From: Isurus oxyrinchus
Lineage: Eukaryota
Length of the DNA: 64,000 nt
Assembly: GCA_026770705.1 (NCBI GenBank)
Contig: JANJGN010000035.1
Span: forward strand, 13,392,001-13,456,000
Reading direction: 5' to 3'
Shown: piece after piece, positions 38,090 to 50,477 of the stretch
Position numbering within the stretch: the first letter of the stretch is position 1
How the letters are laid out: every line of letters starts with the position of its first letter
Translations under genes and position numbers: made by a program
The notes under the pieces: generated by a model
The model's database searches: none
What the model saw: the letters and a program-made list of their open reading frames with translations, nothing else
What the model was told of the DNA's origin: nothing

Positions 38090-40385
38090 TCAAACCTCCT
38101 TGTCTCTATAAAATCATCCACGCCTTACCACCCACAATGCGTCTGTAGACTTACTTAGGCCCTTGCAACCTGCGCTATGTCTGTAAACACTCCCAGTCCC
38201 TATCTTTGTATAATTGTGGCTTTCCTCAAACCTCTCCCTAGCGCTGCAACCCTTCCTACCCTATAAATCCCTGAGCCACTAAAACTCTCCATCTGCCTTG
38301 AACCAAAACTCTAGCAGCTGCAAACCTCCCTACGGATTCACAATCCGTCAACTCCTCCCTATCTTTGGAAACAACTCCAGGCCCTTAAAACAGTCCTCTA
38401 GCCGTATATTCATTCATGCTCCACAATCCTTCGTACATTACAACATCCTCCAGCGACTAATATCCTCCCTATCTCTGTAACCTTCTCTAGCACGTAGAAT
38501 TTTCAACATTTCTGAATCCTTAAGAGCTGATACAACGCTCCCAATGTCTGTAACTGCTGCTCGCCCGTCAATACTCCCAGTCTATGTAACCCCCTCCATT
38601 CTCAAAATGTCCTCTATTTCTGTAAACTCCTCCAGCACCTTCAAACCTGCACTTCTCCATAATTCCCTGCTGCCCTAAAACTCTATCTCACCATCTCTCT
38701 AACCTTTTCAGCACTGACAGCTCCCTTAAACTTGTAAACTTCCCCATCCTCTACATCACCCCCTACCTCTGTAACCTCTTCTGTCCCAACAATCCTCCCT
38801 GTTGCAGTAAGTTCTCCAGCACCTTCCAACGCTCCTTATCTAATTAATAGTTTTTAGTTCCTAATAAGCTCCCTACCTTTGTTACCTGCAAAGCCGTCCA
38901 TAACACTGACTGTCTTTCAAATTCAAACATACCTTAAAACTGTCCCTATCTCTTTACGTACCATAAGCCCCTCTAACCCGAGCATTCTCTGAAAATTGAT
39001 CCACTTACCACACCACCTCTCTCTGTGACCACCTTCAGCATATTAAAACCACTATAGCACTTATCCAAACTCCTGTACAACTTTGTTTTGCTGTAACAAT
39101 CTCGTGCTCTTCAACGTTCACTATCTCTGCAAACTTCTCCAGTCATAAAACATTTCTTAATTCTGGAATCTCCTTCAGCCTCATAAACCCTCCTGATCTT
39201 TTTAACCTCCTCCAGCCGCTAAAATCCTCCCTACCTATGTAGCATTCTCCAGCCCCTGCAACCATCCCTATATCTGTAACCTCCACCAGCCCCTACAACC
39301 CCCCTATGTCACCTGCACCATCCCGTACAATGGTCCCGCTGTCTGAAAAAGCCTGTTGCCAATACAACGCTCCGTAACTCCGTATACCTAGTCCAGCAAC
39401 TACCATTCTTCCAATCTATTACATCGTCCAGCCCCCCATAACAAATTCTATCTCTGTAAAACTCTCCACACCCTGCAACCATCCCCATCTAAGGCATCCT
39501 CACTGCTCCTATAACCTGTCTTAACTCTGTCACATGTTCCAACACCTACACTCGTTCCTATCACTTTAACTTCCTACAGCCCACACAACACCTCTATCTC
39601 TGTCCCTCCTCCAGCCCCCAAATCCGTCTCCATCTCGCTAACCTCCTTTGACGCCCACAAACCTCCGAACCAATGTAACATCCAACAGTCCCATAACACT
39701 CCCCATTTGAATTACCTCCTCCGGCCCATTCAAAACTCTGTATTTCTGTAACCTCCTCCAGCACCTAATTCCCTCCCAATCTCTGTCACCTCGTTCAACT
39801 CCTACACTCCCAAAACTGCGTCACCTCCTCCAAACCCTACATTTCTCCGTATCTTTGTTATCTCCTCCAGCCACTGCTACACTACCTAAAAGTGCAGCCA
39901 ACTCCAGCACAAGCAACCCTCCCTATCTGTGCAGCATCCCCCAGCGCCTTCAACACTCCCTATCTCTGAAACTTCCTCAAGTACCATCTCCAGCTCCTAA
40001 AGGTCTCGAACTCCATAACCTCCTCCAAACCCACCTGCTGTCCATCTATCTGTAATCTCCTAGAGCCCCTAAACCCCTCTCTATCTCTCTAAAATCCTCC
40101 AGCCTCGGCACCCCTCCGTATCTGTGCAGCATCCTCCAGCTCCTAAAAACTTTCTAACAATGTAACCTCGTCCAGTGCCTGTAACGCTACCCATCTCAAT
40201 AAACATCTGCAGCCCATTCATCCACTCCATATCAGTAAGCTCCTTCAACTCTTATAACACTTCCTATCTCTGTAACCTCCTCCAGCCCCTACAGCCCTCC
40301 CTATCTCTGTAAGCTCCTCTAGACTGTACAATCCTCTATATCTCTGTAACCTCCTCCAGCCCCTACTACCTTTCCTATCTGTGTA
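38090..40385 (+). repeat. 37-bp minisatellite (about 60 degenerate units), LINE-derived
   Basis: Unit approximately ctatctctgtaacctcctccagcccctacaaccctcc. The period is 37 at 40264/40301/40338. Confidence 0.9.
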
Positions 40386-40689
40386 AACTACGTCAAACAC
40401 GTCAATCATTACACCTATGCTTTTACTGGCAGCTTTCCTAATGGAAGTTGGCTGCAACGTTTCCTATATTTCAAAAATAACTACATTTTAAAAGAAGTAA
40501 TTCAATATCAATATTTTATTTTTGGCATATTATATATCAGGAAATGCAAGTTTTTCTTATATATCTGTTGTACAATTAGTCATTCAAAACATAGATTCTC
40601 ACAAAATAAAAAACAAATGGACGTAGTACTTTTCACAATTATTTGGGCTGCACTATGTATGGTAGTAAATGTGGCAAGGTGATTTCGGG

Positions 40690-41750
40690 TTCAGGTTACT
40701 GGGCTAATAATCCAGGGTCCAGTGGTTCAGGGGTTATGTTACTGTACTAATAATCCAGGGGACAGGGGTCAAAGGTTAATGTTACTGAACTAATTATCCA
40801 GGGAAGACTCGTGTACATTTTATGTTTTTCTACTAATAACTCGTTATACAGTTGTGTAATGATTATGTTACTGGATAATAATCCAGGGTATAGGAGCATA
40901 GGGATAATTTCAATGTATTACCATTCCATGGTACAGGGCTGTTGGGTGTTATGTTAATGGACTAATAATCCACGGAACAGTAGTGTAGCTTTTATGTTAT
41001 TGGACTAATAATCCGTTGTATATTTGTCTAGGTGTGATGTTACTGGACTAGAAATCCAGGGTACAGTCCTGCCGGGATTATGTTACTGGACGAATAATCT
41101 AGGGTGCAAGAGCGTAGATATTTTGTTACTGGATTTATAATCCAGGGTAGAGGTTCGTAGCAATTATGTAACTGGACTACTAATCCAGTGTACAGGAATG
41201 TTGATGTTATGTTAATGGGCTAATAATCCAGGGTTCTGTAGTATCAGTTTTATGTTACAGGACTATCAATCCAGGATACAGAACTGCAGAGATTATGTTA
41301 CTGTACTAATAATACTGGGCACAGTGGTTTATGGGTTAGATCACTGCACTAATAATCCCGGGTACAGCTGTTTAACCGTTATGTTACTGAACTAAAAATC
41401 CAGGGTGCAGCAGTCTAGGTGTTATGTTGCTGAACTAATAATCCAGGTTACAGTAGTTAAGGGATTATTTTATAGGACTAATAATTCAGGGAACAGAAAA
41501 AATGGGATTATGTTACTGGACTAATAATCCAGAGCACAATCGTGTCACGATTATTTTTACTTGAAAAATAATCCAGGGTACAATAGTTCAGGGATTATTT
41601 TACAGCACTAATAAACCAGGAAGCGGTACTGTTGGGGAAATGTTACTGGATTAACAATCATGGGTGAACTAGTGTGGTGGTTACATTCGTGGAATTATAA
41701 TCCAGCATACATTACTGTGAGGGCCCTATTACTGGACTAATAGTCCAACT
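40690..41750 (+). repeat. 43-bp minisatellite (about 24-25 units) with internal hairpin ctgga-ctaataa-tccag
   Basis: gttact recurs at 40695, 40738, 40781 and onward, around the core tgttactggactaataatccaggg. Confidence 0.92.
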
Positions 41751-41779
41751 GACAATAGTGGTCTTGCTTTTTAAGATCT

Positions 41780-42010
41780 TCTTATGGGATGTGGGCATCG
41801 GTGGATAGGTAAGCACTTTTGACCATCATTAGTTGCTCTTGTGAAGGTACTGATGATATGCTTACATGAACGGCAGCAGTCCCTGCGGTGCAGTTGTACC
41901 CACAATGCTATTAGGAAGGCAGGAGCAGGATACTAACCCAGCGATAGTGAAGGAACAGCAACATATTTCCACGTCAGGCTGGTGAGTGGTTGGAGAGGAA
42001 CTTACAGGGC
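41780..42010 (-). mobile_element. CR1-superfamily LINE 3' end (SINE partner family)
   Basis: atgggatgtgggcatcg...cccagcgatagtgaaggaac. Confidence 0.75.
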
Positions 42011-44289
42011 TTGGACTTTTCTGCATTCTTTAAAACTTAAACTACTTTCCATTATCGATCAATGGCGCTAGGCTGTGTATTAAACTAAAATAAAGAAAGC
42101 TGTATCAACATGAAAATTGTTAATTTGTTCATAGTAAGCACATACCATGGCAATGTTTTTCGTATGCTTTCATTGTGTTAAAAGAAGATTGAATAATTGA
42201 TTCAGTCTTTTATTTAAATTCCAAACGCAAAATGATGCAACAAACATGGAGAGTCAGCTGCACCTGACGTGACAAACAACAGTCATCTACAAACCTCATT
42301 AGACATAAACGTATTTAACAGTTAAGCTAAAGCCAAATGCTGAGTCGAAGCAAAAAAAAAATGAAAAGAAATACAACATTTGAGACTTTTTGCCTGCATT
42401 CAGTATGCATCCAGACTGGTGTAAAACTTACCTCAATCACAACTTTGATTTTCAGTACAGAAACAACACCACGGTAACCCTCATCAACAGCCCAAGTTGG
42501 CTATTATTAATTCCAGCCAGCCGCTATGTTCACGGCCGCGCACCCCTGGAGAGGGAGCACGCAGCAACTGCCAGAATTTTCCAGCCCATCCTTGATCGGC
42601 GGACACCATGAGGACTGGGGTTCTTTATTGACCCTGTTAATCACATTTCGGTTTAATGTTTGTAACTTTCCCTTAAAATTTGTCTTCATTTGCAGTTTCC
42701 CTTTACAAGGCTCAGCTTTACATTAAACACTAATTTTATTAATTTAGGTTATTTGGTTGACTCAAAAGAGGAACACGGAACAAAAAAAAAATGCAAGAAT
42801 TTGTTACTTCAGTCATTTTGTATCAGAGAACATGAATGCTGCTGAAAAAAGTGACACGGCAACATGTTATGGCTTGCACTTCTCAGGCCAGTTGGTAGTC
42901 TTGCAAATTGACTTGATGAGTGCAAGATTAGAAGCTTCAACATCTCTCTTTTTTCAGCAACACTCAGGATGTTACTTACAATTTCAGAGTACAATGTCAC
43001 TGAAATCTTTGGGCTGGCCATATCCAACACTCAGAGATAATGTCTGAATAGGCATTGCAGCTGGACTTATAAAATGTGGTGTGCTTTTAATTTTGAGCTC
43101 CATATTCAAGAGCATGGTATCAGAAAGGTGGTGCTGCACACGTGGCAGATGTGCACTGGAAGTGAAAGTTGGGCTTGCAGGAACGGCCAGTTAACAACAT
43201 AGTGATCAGAATGTGCCAAAGACCAACGTGAAAATTGCCGCATTGTTCCTGAGAAGAGACATGCCTCTTAGACAATGGATATTGTGTAATTAATATTTAC
43301 CAAAGAATTTGCACCAGATGCAGCTATTTTTTTTTTCTAATTTGTTCAATGTGATGTGGGTGTCAACGGCTAGGCCAGCATTTATTGCCCACCCCTGAAT
43401 ATCTTTGTTCAGAAGGCAGTTCAGAGTGACGCACATTGCTTTGGTTCTGGAGTCGCATGTTGGTCAGGACAGGAAAGGAAGGTAGATGTCCTTCCCGTAA
43501 GGATAACAGTAAACCAGGTGAGTTTTTTTAATCAACAATGGGCATTTGTTTCGTAGTCATCATTAGGCTTTATTTTAAGTTCAGATTTGTATTGAATACA
43601 GATTTCACCTTCTGTGATGAATGGCTTCGTGCCTGGGCTCCCAGAGCATGACCTCTGGTCTCTGGGATGCCAATCCAGTGGCAAAAGTCCAAAGACAGTA
43701 CCTCCCCATATGTGAATGGGGAAACATTTTTTTACATAACGCATAGTTCAGGGTTGGAAGGCACTGCCATGAATTTGTGGTGGAGGCACGTACAATCGAA
43801 GCACTCAAAGGGGAATTAAATTATTATTTGAATGGGGACAATGTGCAGGCTTCTGGGGGAAAACGCAGTTCATTGGCCCTAGGTGATAAGGCTAATTTGC
43901 AGAGCCGGTGACAGATGTGATGTGCAAAAAGTCTCTTGCTGTGTCGTAAATATTCTATGATATCATAAAAGCTTACTAGGTTTTAAAACACACCAATCAT
44001 CGTACACACCAAGCACCGTGAGCAATACTAGTTGGGGTGAAAATGCAATGGTTTACATTCGGGGACGCTTTCGGCTCCATTCACCTTTGCAGTGAGGCGG
44101 AATTTATTGTACGGTACTGGGTCACTGGCATCTCAAATAGTGAGTCGAATCACTTTTAACACACGGGAACTGTCCTCATCTGTTCAACCCATCGGCGAAA
44201 CAACATTTATTCCACCTGAAATGAACACCATAGCAAAAGTGACTTGTACTGTGAGCTTGCAAATCTCTTTTAGTCACACCAAATTTTGA

Positions 44290-45097
44290 CACCCCGGGGC
44301 TGAAACTAGATATGCGAGTTTAAGCAGGCAGAATCCAGAATTTCACCAGCTCTGTAAGTTGCACTCGAGATGGATATGGTGCGGAAGGAACCGTTGACCA
44401 CCTGCTGGTGAAATGTGCCTTTGCAGAGAAGACCGCGAGAAAGGTGCAATGTTTTTTTTGTCGAAATTCATCCCGAGCAGCTACATGACACAGAAATCTT
44501 TGCCTTCCGGGCTGTTCCCCAGGAGCGCATACCGAGATCAACATCAACTTCAGCTGCAGGATCATAAATTCAGTGAAAGACGCTCCTCAGTCTGACTGAA
44601 ACCTGTTGGCCTTCTAGTCCAAAGAGTTGTCCATGGACTCGTATTATTGACTGGCACATTACCAATCCCAGGACTACGTGCTGGGGAATGCACTGAAGCT
44701 TGGAACAGCTGCCGGAATGATGCAATGGGGAAAAGTCATTTTCTAAGATATTTCTGCCATAGTGCACAGAGCGGCTGGGAAAGGTATGGACCACTCGAGC
44801 TGTATGACTCATAATGATTGTGCATTGAATACCACGTTTATCATAATTTTACTGAAGCACCTAAGAAAACTGTATGATCAAGGGAGACAAGTTAAATATC
44901 ATTGCACCGTCTGGCTGTTTTGACCATTATCAATGCTGTAATTTTCTCTGATTGTATTGAAGCATCTCAGGGTGTGACATGGTCTATCCGGAAAAATTGA
45001 ATATGATTGCACTTTTTCTGGTGGCCGTTTTGAAATATTTTGTAATGTACTACCACGTATTTTAACAATAAAATATATTCTTGCAATAAAAAAAAAG
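44290..45097 (+). mobile_element. Tx1/L1-clade LINE 3' end with zinc-binding motif
   Basis: CTRDGYGAEGTVDHLLVKCAFAEK...FIPSS...GLFP...IINSVKDA, ending in aataaa and poly-A. Confidence 0.8.
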
Positions 45098-45722
45098 AAT
45101 GCTATTTGTGACTGGTTGTTGGATTCACTTAGTATTCCACATCATTAAAAGCAGGAGATCACTCAAATGGCCATCTCAGCCCAGGTCAATTGCAATCACT
45201 CCTTGTGTCCTTGTGTTTATTCATTTATGTGGTGTGGCAGATGCTTGCAAGGCCAGCATCGGAAACGTGCCGTGCCCTGTACAAGGGCCCCTTTTCTTTC
45301 ATAATATTTATTTATGACTTTTATGTGAGAGCAGGACACTCCATTTCCAAACGTTTAATTGAAAAGCCATTTTGAAATACAATTGCCTGAAAGTTAAATG
45401 TTATAACCAGCTTCACGAGGCTGGAGGGCTGGCCAGACAAGCGTCAGAAAACAGTTCATGCAGTAAAATAAGAAAAGGTGCACTTTGACAAGAATAGCGA
45501 GAAAATGCAACTTAATCTGAACATCAAATAAGACCCCTTCAACTGGGATTTGCATGGGGCTGAAAATCATTTGACATAAGTATGTAATTCGTGGAAAATG
45601 TCATGGAAAGTGAGAAGCTCGAGATAGAAATATGCAATGCCCTGCGCTTTATAAATTGCATAATGCACCCATGTGCAGTCGTGTCAAATAGATCGAGGCC
45701 AGAGCAACATCATGCGATGACT

Positions 45723-46501
45723 ATAATAATAAAAACAAAAAACTGCGGATGCTGGAAATCCAATTCAGAAACAGCATTATTGGAAAAACTCAGCAGGTCT
45801 GGCAGCATCGGCAGAGAAGAAAAGAGTTGACGTTTTGAGTTCTCAATACCCTTCAACAGAAGTAGGTGAATCAAAGGAAAGGGGTGAAATACAAGTTGGT
45901 TTAAGGTTGGGTGGATTGGGGTGTCTTACGCAAACTGGAGGAAAAGCACCTCATCTTCTGACTAGGCACTTTACAGCCTTCCGGACTGCATATTGAATTC
46001 AACATCTTTAGGTCTTGAACTCCCTCCTCCATCCCCACCCCCTTTCTGTTTCTAACCCCTTTCTTTTGTTTTTTTCCAATAAATTATTTAGATTTTTCTT
46101 TTCCCACCTATTTCCATTATTTTTAAATATTTTTAAATCTTTTATGTTCCCCACACCCCCACTAGAGCTATACCTTGAGTGCCCTAAAATCCATTCTTAA
46201 TTAGCACATTCGTTTAGGTAATATCACCAACTTCAATACCTTTGTGCTCTTTTGTTCTTTTGTCTATGACATCTTTTGATGATCTGCTGCTATCACTGCT
46301 TGCTTGTCCCTACAACCACACCACCCCCCCTTCACTTCTCCACACTCCCCCCACCTTAAACCAGCTTATATTTCACCCCTTTCCTTGGATTCACCACTTC
46401 TGTTGAAGGGTCATGATGACTCGAAATGTCAACTCTTTTCTTCTCCGCCGATGCTGCCAGACCTGCTAGGTTTTTCCAGGTAATTCTGTTTTTGTTTTTT
46501 T
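45723..46501 (+). mobile_element. Young 5'-truncated Penelope-like element with inverted terminal copy and 14-bp TSD
   Basis: RKLEEKHLIF*LGTLQPSGLHIEFN is the GIY-YIG C-terminus. 45730-45910 is an inverted copy of 46345-46500. TSD atcatgcgatgact (45709-45722) / atcatgcaatgact (46502-46515). The paralog near 2300 is an empty site. Confidence 0.9.
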
Positions 46502-49500
46502 ATCATGCAATGACTCCTGAGGTTGATAACCAAACTGTGACTGATCACTATGAGGAACAAGGGGATCGGAAAGGCGCTTTGACACAACTTGTCACAGACA
46601 AGAATATTGGTTTAAGAACAAATGCTCACTAATTTTTTAGAACCATTGGCTTTGGATTCTGAACAACCCGAAGAAGAATGGCTGAGTTCCAGCGCCGAGA
46701 TACAGTATGTATGTCAGGAATTCACCAGAGTTCCAAAGAGAGCACCTTCCAAACTCCTGATCACGGACATTTACAGGACCAGAGCAGCAGATGGATTGGA
46801 AATCCACCACCTGGAATTTCCAATCAAAGGCACTGATTTAGAAATATATCGGCTGTTCCTTTACTGTCGCTCAGTCAAAATCGGGCACTCTCTCCTTAAC
46901 AGCACTGTGGGTGTACTCGCACCACATGGACTGCAGCAGTTTCATAAGGCAGTTCCTCACCATCTTTTAAAGTAGCAATTAGTGCTGGGCAACAAATGCT
47001 GCCCCCAGGTAGCAAAGCCCACATCCCGTGAATGAACTAAGGGATACAATTTCAGAAAGAGCACAGGGAAAAAAGCTATCTCGGGACGAGCACATATCTT
47101 CAGAATATTTCCAGTGACCTGAACTGTGCCGGACCCTTTGACCAGACACAAACGCTTAAATTTCTTCTCTAGTGGCCATTCATTGATCGGAACACAAAAC
47201 CCCTTTAAGTCAGGCAGTAAAGCCTCATACATATTCAAATGCTTCTTGAGTTCATCATTTTTGTATCAGCTGAAAAAAAACATTTCGATTCATTTGCCAC
47301 ATCACAAGCATTTTCTTTGATCAAGTATGGATGAAATATGGAAGATTTGTCAAATTTGGTCTTCTTTTCAATGCACATCGGGGATTATTTGTCCTAAAAC
47401 CACAAAGCATAAGACATAAGAGCAGGACGAGGCCATTCGGACCCTCAAGCCTGCCCCGCCTTTCAATAAGGTCATGACTGACCTGCCCCACGCCTCAACT
47501 CCACATATGTGCTTGCTCCTCATAGCCCTCAACTCCCCGATATTTCCAAAACCTATGTACCTTGTCTTCAAATACTTTGTGATCTAGCCGCCACAACCCC
47601 CAAAGGAAGATAATTGCAGACATTCACTACATTCTCTGTTTTTAAAAATTGTCTCCTTATGCTGTAAATGTGTCCACTAGTTCAAGATCCCCCAAGAACT
47701 GTCAACAGCTTCTCAAAACCTACCTGTAAAAAGCTCTCAGAATCTTCTAAGTTTCAATATGATCACACGTCATTCTCCTAAACTCTAACAACTAAAGGCT
47801 TAATTGTTTAGCCATTCTTGATAAATCAAACCCTTCACCCCAGGAATTAGCCGAGTGAATCTCATATGAACAGCCTCCAATGCCAGCATATTATTTCTTA
47901 TATACGGGAATGAAGACTGTGCACAGAATTCCAGGTGTGGCCTCAAAAATTCCCTGTAGTTTTGTAACAAGGCTTACCTATTATTAAACTTCTACCACCT
48001 AGCAATACACGCCAACATTACATTTGTCTTCTTAATTAATCGCTGCACCTGCTTGTTAACTTTTTGTGTTGCATGCAGAAGAACACGCAGGTCCCTCTTT
48101 GTAGCACTTTTTCGTAGTGTCACTACATTTATGTATTAGTCTGCCTTTTGATTTCTCCTACCAAATTGCATGACATCACAATTTCCTACATCAAACTCCA
48201 GCTGACAAACTCTTCTCGAATCAGTCAAACTGTCTATACCCGCTTGCAGAATCCAACTGCCCTCATCACAGCTTGCTGTCCCAAGAAGTTATAATCCTAT
48301 CTATAGATGCCTTTTTCACAGTCTGAATTCCCCTTTCCACTAAAATATCTGCCTTCTTATTTATGTCTTCATCCTCCTTAAAAAAATCACAAATCGTGTT
48401 GTCAAATTAAATTTGCAGCTGGTTAATTTCCGTCTAATCCCAAACTTTAACCACTTTCCTGAATGGCTTTGCCGTTTATTTTTTTTTTCGATATTTAGCG
48501 AGGTGATACACTACATTGTGATCTCAATCTCCAATCTCTGATTGAAGCTGGGACTTGGAAGAATCAGTGACACAGCAAATAAATAGACTCATTGCCTTTT
48601 CCTGCAAGTTGCCCTGTCAAAATATTATGAGTTACAGAGGATGTCTTTCAAAGCAAAGTCTCAGATATTCTTTTCATCTCAGTCGTGAATGTAGGGAGGG
48701 AGTAGCCAATTCTTGTACTGTTCATGATCAACACCCGCCGCTTCACCGCCGTATTGTCATGCAGAGGAATATATGCAGGAATAAATTGGGCTTGATTCAG
48801 ATCGCAGGGCAGGTAGGAAAGGATTGGGAGGCACGCAGAATACGTCAATATTAGCGAGGAAAATGCTTTTTGTTAACTTTAAGATTATTTCATCAGCATT
48901 CATTCATGTATATTAATCCACTATGCCCGCCCAGAGAAGGGTTTGTAGCAGTTGGATTCCAGTCTGGCGAAATAGATCAAGAGCATACATGTTAATTGCA
49001 CTCTCTGGGAGGTTCGAATTTCGCCAGGTTTTGGCTGAGGCAGAGCATACTCCAGGAGAAAAGTCCTGTGCAAGACCCAGTCTCATAAATTTAATGCCTC
49101 AGTGACCTCACACTGCTAAGCGCAATGGCCTGAGATGATGGGTGTTGCCTTCTCCTTTTGCTGACCGTCTTACTCCTACCACCCTTTCCTTCTCCACCTC
49201 AACTGAGGTCCAAATGTTGTGGCACCCCTTGTCTATGAACGTGGCCTCCTTCTGATCCCTTGCAAATTCCTGCCCAGTTTGCATTGAAGCCGCTTGGGCA
49301 CTGAGTGCAGCAACTCGCGCACTGGCAATTCAACGAGTTCAACTTGAAAGGCGCAAGTTGGTAAAAGACAATGCAAGACATGGCGAGTCGGATATGGTGT
49401 AAGGCGGTGGGGGGATGGGAGTTAAAATTTCACTTACCACCGGCCTCGCACATCCTCTCCCTACACCGGGTAGTTGCTACTTGCCGCACCACTGTTGCTG

Positions 49501-50079
49501 CCTGGTCTTGCAGCCCAGCTTCCCCCAGGCCTCGACAGCGAAGCTCACCGCTGCCCAGTTGGGCCGTCCTACCACACCACAAACAACAATGAACTTCAGA
49601 AAAAATCCCAAAATCCCAAGAAAGAGACGTAAGCAATGAGCAGTGAAAAACCTATTTCACCACAATCTCCTTAGAGCGCTATATTCAGGTACAACGGCAG
49701 CGAGACCCGCCTATACTGCAGCATTATGCAGCCCCTCTCTATATTAATAGTTTGCTGCATTTTTTAAGCGAAAGTCATCGAAGTTTCATCTGCCCAAATT
49801 ATAGTCCATCTTCCAAATTTCTGCCAATTTGCTTAACCGAATTCTATGCCTTTGCAAAATCTTTGTATCGTCCTCACAATATTGCTTCACCCTATCTTTA
49901 TAAAATTAAAAAATTTACCAACTTTAGAGCCCTTCCCTTCATACAAGTAATTGATGTTGATACAGTAGAGTTTAAGATCTAGCACTGATCCTTTGAGCGT
50001 TTCTCTACTTACAGCTGGCCACCCTCCAAATGTACAGTTTATCCCGATTCTGTTTCCTTTCAGTTCGACTATCTTCCAT

Positions 50080-50477
50080 TAGACCATAAGAAAAAGGAGC
50101 AGATATTAGGCCATTCAGCCAATGGAGCGTGCTCCGCAATTCAATCCTGGCTTATAACTTTCTCAACCCCATTCCTCTGCCTTCTCCTCTTAGCCTTTGA
50201 TCACCTTACCAATCAAGAACCAGTCTATCTCTGGATTAAATACGCTGAATGACTTGGCCTCCACAGTCTTCTGCAGCAATGAATTGCAAAGATTCACCAC
50301 TCTCTGGCTAAAGAGGCTTCTTGTCATCTCTGTTTTAAAAGGTACTCACTTTACTCTGAGGCTGTGCCCTAGGGTCCTAATTTGCCCTACTAATGGGAAC
50401 ATCTTTCCCACTTTCACTCTATCCAGGTCTTTCATTATTCTGTAAGTTCAATCAGCTCCCCCCTCATCCTTCTAAAC
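50080..50477 (-). mobile_element. Younger CR1 3' end nested in an older CR1
   Basis: agaccataagaaaaaggagcagatattaggccattcagcc...; absent from the paralog near 6190. Confidence 0.75.

Noticed and set aside
40690-41750. CRISPR array
   Set aside because: The linkers are only ~19 nt and related to each other (tacag...gggatta), the repeats are degenerate, there are no cas genes, and the context is vertebrate. It is a minisatellite.
47060-47265. Conserved minus-strand ORF ...CVPINEWPLEKKFKR (paralog ~2870-3080)
   Set aside because: Hand-counted substitutions are spread about evenly over codon positions, and the paralog has a frameshift and a stop, so there is no coding signature.
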